From positions 71,287 through 135,286 of the forward strand of contig JAXLRI010000014.1 of assembly GCA_046331175.1 (NCBI GenBank): a stretch of 64,000 bases of DNA. The letters are read 5' to 3'. Under the pieces are notes generated by a model. That model worked only from the letters and a program-made list of their open reading frames with translations. It was not told the origin of the DNA and ran no database searches. Source of the DNA: Acidimicrobiales bacterium. Its GTDB lineage: Bacteria > Actinomycetota > Acidimicrobiia > Acidimicrobiales > Acidimicrobilacustridaceae. This document shows positions 26,552-35,030 of this stretch, piece by piece. The translations under genes and the position numbers were made by a program. Position 1 is the stretch's first letter, and every line of letters begins with the position of its first letter.

Positions 26552-28045
26552 TCAGCAGCTGAGCGTGGTGCCCTTCAACGTGCACGGCTTGTCGAGCGAC
26601 TGGCCGTTGCGGCCGTAGTAGTCGAGCACCCACGAGCCGCTGCTGTCGCGCAGCACGGCGTAGCCGAACTCCGACAGCGTCTTGCTCGAGGCGACCTCCT
26701 CGCCGTCGACCTTCTTGCCGACGACCTTGGCGTCGTCGACCGCGCTGTCGAGCTCGGTGCCCGACGAGCCGACCACGACCTGGGGCTGGCGCTTGCTCGC
26801 CGGTGCGAAGTCGATCCGCTGGTAGAGGTGGACGTGACCCGACAGCACCAGCTTGAGGTGCTCGTCGAGCTTCGAGCCGGTGGCGGTGTCGAGGGTGCGG
26901 TTGGCCGACGAGACCTCGGTCTGGCCGGCGCTCGTGACGGCCCAGAGGGGCTGGTGCGTCAGGAACAGTGACTCCGGCGACTCCTTGGCCAGCGTCTCGT
27001 TGACCGCCTTGAACTGGGGCTCGTACTTCTTGACCTGCTCCTGGTCGACCTTCTGCCCCTCCTCGTCGGCGAAGGACGAGTCGAACAGGACGAGGCCGAG
27101 CTTGCCGGCGCGGATCGAGACGGGATCGGAGTAGTCCGAGCAGGAGTCGTCGCTGCGCAGCTCGGTGGCCTGGTACCGGAACCAGATCTTCCCGGACCGT
27201 GCGCACGTCTCGTGGTTGCCCCGCACCATGACGATGGGCGCCTCGGCCAGGAGCGCCGAGGCGGGGTGGAAGAAGTCGGCGACCAGGCAGCCCCAGGTGT
27301 GGTCGTCCTTCGTGTCGCAACCGGTCACCGGCGAGACCTGCGGGTCCGAGCGGTAGATGTAGTCGCCCGTGTGGATCACGAGGTCGGGCTTGGTGGCGGC
27401 GGCCGAGTCCGCGACCGGTTGGAACGGCCACTGGTTCTTGCAGTCCTGCGAGGTGCCCTGCTGGACGGTCCGGCACCCGGTGTCGCCGATGACGACGATC
27501 CGCGCCGGTCCCGACGCCGTCGACCCCTCCTTGCGCCAGGCCGGGATCGGCACCTTGGCGCTGGGCTTGACCGGCGTCTTCGAGTCGACGACCGCCTCGG
27601 CGGCGCCGTCTTCGAGCTTGAGGCGGCACATCGACGTCGCCGCGTGCGGCGGCGTCGGCTTGCTCACCTGCTCCATGCGCTCGGCGGTGGTCTTGGCGGC
27701 CTTGGTGACCTTCACGTCGGGGCAGGTCGCCTCCGGGGTCGCCACCCGGATCTCGGTCCCCTTGTCGGTGAGCTGGGTCCACGCCCACGCGTCGGTGGGC
27801 GAGGGCCCCGGGTTGGCCTGGGCCCCCTCGACGGTCGAGGAGGGCGTGGTTCCCGAGCCGGCCGACGAGCCGTTCGACGTCGCGGTCGAGCCGGCGCGCC
27901 CCGGTTCGGGCGCTCGGCTGGTCGCGGTGGAGCTCGAGCCGCCGGCGCTGCTCGTGCTGGTGGCCGGGGAGCAGGCGCCGGCGAGCACGAGGAGCGCCGC
28001 CAGGCCCGCGACAGAGAGGGACGTCGCCGTCCGCCGTCGGTTCAT
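26552..28045 (-). CDS. Metallophosphoesterase lipoprotein
   Basis: This is ORF 26552..28180 from MNRRRTATSL, with a lipobox (LAGAC). It has the GDTG, GDYIY, GNHE and GHVH motifs. Confidence 0.85.
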   Translation of the reverse strand: MNRRRTATSLSVAGLAALLVLAGACSPATSTSSAGGSSSTATSRAPEPGRAGSTATSNGSSAGSGTTPSSTVEGAQANPGPSPTDAWAWTQLTDKGTEIRVATPEATCPDVKVTKAAKTTAERMEQVSKPTPPHAATSMCRLKLEDGAAEAVVDSKTPVKPSAKVPIPAWRKEGSTASGPARIVVIGDTGCRTVQQGTSQDCKNQWPFQPVADSAAATKPDLVIHTGDYIYRSDPQVSPVTGCDTKDDHTWGCLVADFFHPASALLAEAPIVMVRGNHETCARSGKIWFRYQATELRSDDSCSDYSDPVSIRAGKLGLVLFDSSFADEEGQKVDQEQVKKYEPQFKAVNETLAKESPESLFLTHQPLWAVTSAGQTEVSSANRTLDTATGSKLDEHLKLVLSGHVHLYQRIDFAPASKRQPQVVVGSSGTELDSAVDDAKVVGKKVDGEEVASSKTLSEFGYAVLRDSSGSWVLDYYGRNGQSLDKPCTLKGTTLSC

Positions 28046-28053
28046 CGGCGCTG

Positions 28054-28059
28054 AACGTA
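28054..28059 (-). promoter_or_regulatory. Candidate -10 TACGTT, 8 nt upstream of the ATG (leaderless configuration)
   Basis: The minus-strand hexamer is the complement of 28054-28059. The start codon is at 28045. Confidence 0.35.
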
Positions 28060-28145
28060 GTTCAGGCACCTCCGCAGCGACCGGTCGGGCGGCCCGCCGA
28101 CCCGCGTGCCGGCGCCGCCCCCGGCCCGCGAGCGGGTCCGACCGG

Positions 28146-28151
28146 TACGCT
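28146..28151 (+). promoter_or_regulatory. Candidate -10 TACGCT, 7 nt upstream of the TTG start (leaderless configuration)
   Basis: TACGCT at 28146-28151 is followed by GCAGGTC and then TTG at 28159. Confidence 0.35.
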
Positions 28152-28158
28152 GCAGGTC

Positions 28159-30696
28159 TTGCCTTCTCCCGCGCGGCCACGGATCAGCCGATCCATCCTG
28201 GCCGCCCTCCTGTTCGGAGCCGCCAGCGTGGGGCTGCTGGCGACGGCGATCTCGGCCGAGCGAACGGCAGCCCAGGCCCGCACGCAGGACGACGAAGCGG
28301 CGGCCGCGGCCGCCGCCGCCCTTCGGGAGGAGCTCACGACCACCCGCTCGTCGTTCTCCGGCGTCGACGCGCTCGCGGTCGACGGCGAGGTGTCCGCCGA
28401 CGAGTTCACCGCCTTCGGCAGCGACGTGGTCCGGGCCAGCGGACTCGAGGCGGTGGCGTACTCCCGGCCCGTGGCCGAGGCCGACCGCGGGTCCTGGGAG
28501 AGCCAGACCGGACTCCCCCTCAAGCAGGCCGACGGCAGCGGCGGCCTGCGCCCCGCCGACGCGCGGGCCGACCACGTCGCCGTCGTGTTCACCGTCCCGG
28601 CCAACGAGTCGACCACCGCGCTCCGCGGCCTCGACCTGCTCGGCGATCCCGTCCGGGCGGCGGGGGTGACCGGCGCCGGCGGCGCCGACACCACGGTCAT
28701 GGTCGCCCCCATCCGCCTGGCCAGCAGTGGGAAGCCGGGCCTGTTCGTGGTGCGGGCCGTGCGCGACCGCAGCGGCCGGGCCATCGGCTTCGTGTCGAGC
28801 GGCATGAGCCTCGACGGGCCGATCGATCGCATCCGTCGGGCCTCGCGCATCGACCAGGTCCAGGTGGCGGTCGACGGCCTGGTGATGGCGGGCACCGCCC
28901 CGGGTCCGGCCACCTCCTCGTTCCAGCTGGAGGGCCGCACCTTCGCCGTGAGCGCCGGCAGCGGTCGAGCAGCCGGCTGGGCGCTGCCCTTCGCGCTGGG
29001 CACGGCCACAGTCGCGCTCTTCGGCGGCGGGCTGGCCACCACCCGGCTCGAGCGCCGGGACCGGCGACGGCGGGAGCGCGGCCACGAGCGGGCCGTCCGC
29101 TTGCGCGAGCTGGCCGAGGCGCTCGCCGGCACCTCCTCGACCCTGGCCGTGATGCGCATCGTCGCCGACCAGGCCGGTGCGGTCATGGGCGCCTCCCACA
29201 CCGACGTCGGGCGACCCTCGCCCACCGATGCGATCACGCTCGAGGTCGTCCACCACGCCGCCGCGGACCGAGACCTCGCCGAGCGCCTCACCCGGCAGGA
29301 CGTCGACGCCCCGCTCCCCCTGACCGACTGCGCACGATCCGGCGCCACGATCTGCGTCCGCGACCCCGTCGACCACCGGGCCCGCTACCCCACCACGGCC
29401 GACGAGGTGGCGGCGATGGGCATCCGAGCGATCCTCTGCGTGCCGCTGGGCCTCGGCACCGACCGCAGCGTCGGCGTCATCGGCTTCGCCTTCGACCACC
29501 CGCTCGACGACCACCAGGTCGACGAGCTGACGACCGTCGGCGACCTCGTGAGCCAGATGACAGGCCGCGCGTACGAGCGCGCCGCGGTGCGCGAGATCGT
29601 CGAGGCACGGGTCCAGCACCTCAGCGAGCTCACCCACGCCCTGACCACGGCCACCACGGTCGACGAGGTCGAGCGGGCCGTCGCCGAGCTGCTCCCGCCC
29701 GTGCTCGAGCTGGTCGACGCCGCCGTCGGGGTCGCCACGGGCGACGCCACGGGCAACGCCACGGGCGACGACGCCACGGGCGACGACGACGCCGGCGGCC
29801 GCGGGAGCGGCGGCGACCGCACGGCGACGGTCGTGCGCACCTACCCGTCGACGACCCCCGGCGATCCGGGCCTGCACCTGCGGGTCGGGGCCGAGCGGAT
29901 CTGGACGCCGACCGACGAGCGCCTCGCCGAGACCGTGGCCGACCTCACGGAGGCCGCGCTGAGCCGGGCCCGCCTGCACGACGAGCAGCACGCCGTGCTC
30001 GTGCGCTTCCAGGAGACGCTGCTGACGGCGCCGGCCCACGTCGACGGCTTCGACGTCGCCGTGGGGTACCAGCCGGCGCTCGGGGCCATCGGCATGGGCG
30101 GCGACTGGTACTCCGTGATCGACGCGCCCGGCCGCGTCTGCGCCGTGGTCGGCGACGTCGTCGGGCACGGTCCGGCCGCCATCGCCGTCATGGCCGAGGT
30201 GAAGACCATCCTGCGCCACCTCCTCTCGGGCGGGACGTCGATCGGTGACGCGCTCGACGAGGCCGATCGGTCCCTTCGGCGACGCGAGACCTTCGCCTCG
30301 GCCACCATCGTCGAGATCGACAAGGAGCACGCGGTGCTGCGCTACGTCAACGCCGGCCACCCACCGGCCCTGCTCGTGACGACGGAGGGCACGGTCCGCC
30401 TCGACCACCGGCACCGCCCGTGGCTCGGCATGGCGCCGTCTCGCGTCGCGCCGCCCAGCACCGTCACGTTCTGCCCTGGCGACGCGCTCGTCCTCTACAC
30501 CGACGGCCTGGTCGAGCAGCGCGACGAGGTCATCGACGTCGGCATCGACCGGCTGGCCGACGCCATCGACGTGCAGGCCTCGGCGGCGGCGATCGTCGAC
30601 ACCGTCCTGGCCGACCACGCCGAGCGGCGCACCCGCACGACCGTCGACGACGACATCGCCGTGGTCACCGTCCGCCGCCTGGCCGACGCCGGCTGA
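28159..30696 (+). CDS. Membrane sensor phosphatase: CHASE-TM-GAF-GAF-PP2C(SpoIIE)
   Basis: ORF 28159..30696 has an N-terminal TM, a periplasmic CHASE-like region and a second TM. The C-terminal PP2C motifs are GGDWYSV, GDVVGHG and YTDGLVE. Confidence 0.9.
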   Translation: MPSPARPRISRSILAALLFGAASVGLLATAISAERTAAQARTQDDEAAAAAAAALREELTTTRSSFSGVDALAVDGEVSADEFTAFGSDVVRASGLEAVAYSRPVAEADRGSWESQTGLPLKQADGSGGLRPADARADHVAVVFTVPANESTTALRGLDLLGDPVRAAGVTGAGGADTTVMVAPIRLASSGKPGLFVVRAVRDRSGRAIGFVSSGMSLDGPIDRIRRASRIDQVQVAVDGLVMAGTAPGPATSSFQLEGRTFAVSAGSGRAAGWALPFALGTATVALFGGGLATTRLERRDRRRRERGHERAVRLRELAEALAGTSSTLAVMRIVADQAGAVMGASHTDVGRPSPTDAITLEVVHHAAADRDLAERLTRQDVDAPLPLTDCARSGATICVRDPVDHRARYPTTADEVAAMGIRAILCVPLGLGTDRSVGVIGFAFDHPLDDHQVDELTTVGDLVSQMTGRAYERAAVREIVEARVQHLSELTHALTTATTVDEVERAVAELLPPVLELVDAAVGVATGDATGNATGDDATGDDDAGGRGSGGDRTATVVRTYPSTTPGDPGLHLRVGAERIWTPTDERLAETVADLTEAALSRARLHDEQHAVLVRFQETLLTAPAHVDGFDVAVGYQPALGAIGMGGDWYSVIDAPGRVCAVVGDVVGHGPAAIAVMAEVKTILRHLLSGGTSIGDALDEADRSLRRRETFASATIVEIDKEHAVLRYVNAGHPPALLVTTEGTVRLDHRHRPWLGMAPSRVAPPSTVTFCPGDALVLYTDGLVEQRDEVIDVGIDRLADAIDVQASAAAIVDTVLADHAERRTRTTVDDDIAVVTVRRLADAG

Positions 30697-30760
30697 CCCA
30701 CGGACCGCCGGGGCCACGGCTCCGACGACGAGCACACCAGGCGCCCCTAGGATCGGCGCC

Positions 30761-31924
30761 ATGGCGGTCCCCGAGGCGACCATCCCGGTGACGATGGGCT
30801 TCGTGCCCGAGTCGCTGGCCGTGCCCGACGACGAGCACCCGGGTCTGCGGCGGGCCGGTCCCCGCGCCTCGGCGCCCTACGCCCGGGACGGCCTCGAGCG
30901 GCACGAGTGCGCGGCCGTCGACGCCACCCAGGCCGAGCTGGCCCGACCCGACCTGCTCCAGCTCGGCTTCGACGTGGTCGACCTGTCGGGCCTCGCCGCC
31001 GTGCAGGAGGCGTGTCGACGGGTGCTCGACGACGGCGCGGTGTCCGACGACGACGCCGCCGCCATCCGATCGGCCCTGACCGGCTCCGTCCTGCACAGCG
31101 AGGGCGGCCACACCCTCACCGTGGTGTACCTGGCCGACGAGGGCTTCATCATGCGCAAGGCCGGGCCCAACGCCATGGCGGTCGTCGGGCCCCGGTCGAG
31201 CGGGATGAACGACCACGGCGGCGCCACGTCGGTCCACGCCGACCAGGACGTGTTCGGCACGCCCCTCACCCAGCTCATGGACAGTCGGGCCCCCGAGCTG
31301 TTCCGCCACGACTCCCCCGACGGCCGCAACGACGACGCCGCCCTCATGCTCGTCAACCTCTGGATCCCGCTGCAGCAGATCACCCAACCGCTCGTGCTGG
31401 CCGACGGTCGCAGCCTCGATCGTCGTCGCCACCAGCTGCGCTACGGCCTGGCCACCCAGAGCTTCCTCGAGCGCGACGACGACATGGCCGTGAACGACAT
31501 CTGGACCTTCCTGCACGATCCGGGTCAGCAGTGGCACCTGCGGTCCGACATGGATCACCGACGCGCCTACGTGTTCGACACCCTGAGCACCGCCCACAGC
31601 GCCGGCACGCTCCCGGGGGAGGCCGTCGCCGAGCACTGGTACCGCACCCTCGAGGCCGCCGAGGCCGCCGTCGAGCGGGGCGACGCCACCCGGTTGGTCG
31701 AGGGCCTCTCGTCACCCGAGCCCCCGGGCCTGCCGCCCGAGACGCCACCGGCGCTGCGCCGGGCCGTCGACGCCATGGCCGCCGTGGCCGACGAGGCGTC
31801 GGGCGATCCCGCCCTCACGTGTGGCGACGGCGCCGCCGACTGGCTCGACCGCTCGCGCCGCGCCCGCCGCCGGGTGGTGCGCATGTCGCTCGAGATGCGC
31901 GTCGTGGTGTCCATCGACGCGTAG
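30761..31924 (+). CDS. Hypothetical protein (possibly CmcJ/NvfI-like oxygenase fold)
   Basis: ORF 30761..31924 has normal composition. SVHADQDVFG and LVNLWIPLQ resemble CmcJ-family motifs, but this is a weak assignment from memory. Confidence 0.65.
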   Translation: MAVPEATIPVTMGFVPESLAVPDDEHPGLRRAGPRASAPYARDGLERHECAAVDATQAELARPDLLQLGFDVVDLSGLAAVQEACRRVLDDGAVSDDDAAAIRSALTGSVLHSEGGHTLTVVYLADEGFIMRKAGPNAMAVVGPRSSGMNDHGGATSVHADQDVFGTPLTQLMDSRAPELFRHDSPDGRNDDAALMLVNLWIPLQQITQPLVLADGRSLDRRRHQLRYGLATQSFLERDDDMAVNDIWTFLHDPGQQWHLRSDMDHRRAYVFDTLSTAHSAGTLPGEAVAEHWYRTLEAAEAAVERGDATRLVEGLSSPEPPGLPPETPPALRRAVDAMAAVADEASGDPALTCGDGAADWLDRSRRARRRVVRMSLEMRVVVSIDA

Positions 31925-31974
31925 GCGTCGGCGCGTACGCTGCGGCCCGGCGGATCGAGAGGGAGGGCCAAGCC

Positions 31975-33363
31975 ATGCACCGGACCGAGGTCGCCGCGCA
32001 CCGCCGCGCCAGGCACCTGCTCGCCACCGCCGTCGTCGCCGTCGGACTGGTCGGAGCCGCGGCGTGCAGCTCCTCGTCGACCTCCTCGTCGACCACGAGC
32101 GCTGCCCCAGGATCCACCGCCGGCGCCACCGGCACCACGACGAAGGCCTCGCCCGGCACCACCCCGGGCTCGACGCCCGGCACCGCCACCAAGGCCAGCG
32201 GGCCGTGCGTGAAGGACCCGGCCGCGGTCATCGCCGCCGGATCCACCCCGCCCGCCACCGGGCCGCTGCCCGCCGACCTCACCGCCAAGCTCGACGCTGC
32301 GGCCCAGTCGTCGTTCAAGGAGGCCGCCAGCCCCGGGGCGATCGTCGGCGTCCGCAGCCCACAGGGCACCTGGACCGCGGCCTACGGCGACGCCGACCCG
32401 GCCGCCAAGACGCCGATGGCGGTGGGCATGCACACCCGCGTCGGTTCGGTCACCAAGACCTTCACCGGCACGGCGCTCCTCCAGCTCCAGCAGCAGGGCA
32501 AGCTCTCGCTCGACGACACCATCGACGAGTACGTCAGCGGCGTCCCGAACGGTGACCGCATCACGCTGCGCATGCTGGCCGACATGACCAGCGGCGTGGC
32601 CAGCTACACGGCCGACAAGGCATTCACCGACGCCTACTTCGCCGACCCGCAGACGACCTACACGCCCGACCAGCTGATCGCCGTCGGCGTCGCCGGCTCG
32701 CCGATCTTCGAGCCGGGCGCCAAGTTCAACTACTCGAACACCAACACGATCCTGCTCGGCAAGGTGATCGAGAAGGTCACCGGCAAGCCGGTGGGCGAGG
32801 TGCTCCAGGACGGGATCATGGGCCCGCTCGGCATGACGAGCACCGTCTGGCCCGGCGGCACCACCGACCTCCCCCAGCCCTACGCCCAGGGCTTCACCCT
32901 CCAGGGCGACACGGCCAAGCCCGACGCCCCGGCCAACGCCACTTCCTGGAACCCGTCGTGGACCTGGACCGCCGGCGAGATCGTGTCGACCATGGGCGAC
33001 CTGCTCGTCTACGGGCGGGCCCTCGGCACCAGCCAGGGGCTGCTCGACACCAAGACCCAGACCGAGCGGCTCACGTCGATCCCGGGTCCCGCCGGCTACG
33101 GCATCGCCGCCGGTTGCATCGACGGGTGGTTCGGGCACTCCGGTGAGATGCCCGGCTACAACACCAGCGTCTTCTACGACACCACCTCGGACACCGTGGT
33201 CATCGTGCAGACCAACAGCGACATCGCGTCGGGTGACTGCCCGCAGTCGCCGACGCTGACCGACGACCCGCGCGACACGGTGTGCTCCTCGCCCGCGACC
33301 CGCATGTTCGTGGCGTTGTCGACCGTCCTCGGCCACACCTTCACGCCGAACCCCCAGCAGTAG
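31975..33363 (+). CDS. Serine hydrolase (class C beta-lactamase / DD-peptidase family) lipoprotein
   Basis: This is the tail of ORF 30907..33363 from MHRTEVAAH. It has a lipobox (GAAAC), the SVTK active-site motif, YSNTN and HSG. Confidence 0.9.
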   Translation: MHRTEVAAHRRARHLLATAVVAVGLVGAAACSSSSTSSSTTSAAPGSTAGATGTTTKASPGTTPGSTPGTATKASGPCVKDPAAVIAAGSTPPATGPLPADLTAKLDAAAQSSFKEAASPGAIVGVRSPQGTWTAAYGDADPAAKTPMAVGMHTRVGSVTKTFTGTALLQLQQQGKLSLDDTIDEYVSGVPNGDRITLRMLADMTSGVASYTADKAFTDAYFADPQTTYTPDQLIAVGVAGSPIFEPGAKFNYSNTNTILLGKVIEKVTGKPVGEVLQDGIMGPLGMTSTVWPGGTTDLPQPYAQGFTLQGDTAKPDAPANATSWNPSWTWTAGEIVSTMGDLLVYGRALGTSQGLLDTKTQTERLTSIPGPAGYGIAAGCIDGWFGHSGEMPGYNTSVFYDTTSDTVVIVQTNSDIASGDCPQSPTLTDDPRDTVCSSPATRMFVALSTVLGHTFTPNPQQ

Positions 33364-33525
33364 CGCCGCGCCCTCCCCGCTGCGGGCACCTGCTCGCGGG
33401 CCGATGGGTAGGAGCGGACCATGCCGCGGGCACAGACCCCGCCCTCGGCAGGTGGCAGGCTCGGCGCAGACCGGCGGCGGCCGAGGCGGGGTCGAACCGC
33501 GGCCCCCAGGACGAGGAGACGGCTG

Positions 33526-34089
33526 ATGCGCACGGTGACCTACTCGATGGGCATGACCCTCGACGGCTACATCACGGGACCCGACGGCGGCATCGGGTGG
33601 AGCTCGCCGTCCGACGAGCTGTTCCGCTCGTCGATCGACGAGGTGCGCGGCGTCGACGTCCACCTGCTCGGACGGAACCTCTACGAGGCGATGCTCTACT
33701 GGGACGACCCCGAGCAGGAGCCCGGCTTCGGCGAGGCCGAGCACGAGTGGGCCGACCTCTGGAACGCCCTGCCCAAGGTCGTGTTCAGCACGACGCTGAC
33801 CTCGTTGGAGGGCAAGAACCACCGGCTGGCGACGGGAACCCTGGCGGAGGAGATCGAGCGCCTGCGAGACGGGGGCGACGGCCAGATCGCCATCGGCGGC
33901 GCCACGCTCGCCGCCGAGGCCATCCGCGCCGGGCTCGTCGACGAGTACCGGATCCGCATCCACCCCGTGCTGGTCGGCGGCGGTCGGCCGTACTTCCCCC
34001 CCGTCGACCACCAGGTCGATCTCGAGCTGGTCGAGACCCGCACGTTCCCCGGCGGCGTGGTGCTGCTCCGCCACCGCGTCCCGCGGTAG
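33526..34089 (+). CDS. Dihydrofolate-reductase-like (RibD C-terminal domain) family protein
   Basis: This is the tail of ORF 33421..34089 from MRTVTYSMGMTLDGYI. GAGGAG lies upstream of the ATG at 33526. An alternative ATG at 33421 would add an Arg-rich extension. Confidence 0.85.
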   Translation: MRTVTYSMGMTLDGYITGPDGGIGWSSPSDELFRSSIDEVRGVDVHLLGRNLYEAMLYWDDPEQEPGFGEAEHEWADLWNALPKVVFSTTLTSLEGKNHRLATGTLAEEIERLRDGGDGQIAIGGATLAAEAIRAGLVDEYRIRIHPVLVGGGRPYFPPVDHQVDLELVETRTFPGGVVLLRHRVPR

Positions 34090-34102
34090 CGGTCGCCACC
34101 TC

Positions 34103-35019
34103 TCAGCGCGGGCGCGGGAGGAGCGGGGGCGGCGGGCCGCCCCCGCCGGCGGGACGGGCGGGTGGCGACGACATCGGCGCCGGGACCCACGGGGGTGGCG
34201 AGCGCCGGCGCACCGAGCCCTGGGGGGGGGCAACGGGTGGCGGAGCACGAGGCGGGTCGACCCGTACGACCAGGCGGCGGCCGCCCACACGAGCAGTCGG
34301 ACCACCCACCCCTGGGACAGCGCCTCGAGGAGCCCGCCCAGCAGGGCCAGCTCCGCCACCACGACGGCGGCGACCACCAGCCCCGGCCCGACGGCGCGGG
34401 ACTCCGGGTGACGGCCGCCGATGACGACCAGGATCACCGCGCCCGCCAGCGCCGCGACCTCCAGGAGCGTCGACACGAAGAAGTCGGTGCCGAGGTCGCT
34501 GAGCTCGGGGCCCCGATCCATCAACGCCGAGACGAGCGTGCCGCCGTCGAGGTAGAGCGCCTGGACCCACACCAGGACCATCGCCGCCCCGGTGACCCAG
34601 CCGAGGACCCGGATGATCACCAGCTCGTTCGGTGACGGCGGCCGAGCGCCGAAGGCCTCGACCGCGAGCACCACGACGACGAAGAGCCCACCCGCCAGCC
34701 CAGCGGCGAGGACGAGCCATCCCTGCAGCGCCACGAGGTCGAGGAAGAGCCGGGAGACGGGGGTGGTCCGGATGAGCAGCGACGACGGCTTCTCCCCACC
34801 GCTCACATCGATGGTGAGGAGCACCACGCCCACCACGAGCACGGAGGCGACGACGCCGCACAGGCTGAAGCCGAAGGTGGCGAGCCGCGACCGGCGGCGA
34901 GCGTCCTCACGGCCGATCCACCAGCCGAGCAGCGACGTGAGCCCGACGAGGACGACGGGGGCAGCGAGCGCGGCGAGCGCTTGCGCCTCCGGGGGCATCG
35001 AGGTCCAGGTGGCGTCCAC
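34103..35019 (-). CDS. Polytopic membrane protein; 3' end unresolved (frame break at a G9/C9 homopolymer)
   Basis: The first ~265 aa of ORF 31567..35019 form about 8 hydrophobic segments. After the homopolymer at 34222-34230 that frame turns Arg-rich and has no stop until 31567. The +1 frame stops at 34103. Confidence 0.5.
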
Positions 35020-35030
35020 GTCGCCGGCCT

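Noticed and set aside
23800-26600. Encapsulin shell gene or a second cargo gene next to the EncFtn homologue.
   Set aside because: No ORF of suitable size (~260-300 aa, HK97-like) exists on either strand within at least 10 kb. The neighbours are clearly other families.
33421-33525. An upstream start (ATG 33421, 9 nt after a GGGTAG) for the DHFR-like gene.
   Set aside because: It would add a 35-aa Arg/Pro-rich extension with no similarity to the family. ATG 33526 has a GAGGAG Shine-Dalgarno sequence and begins exactly at the conserved MRTVTYSM... N-terminus.
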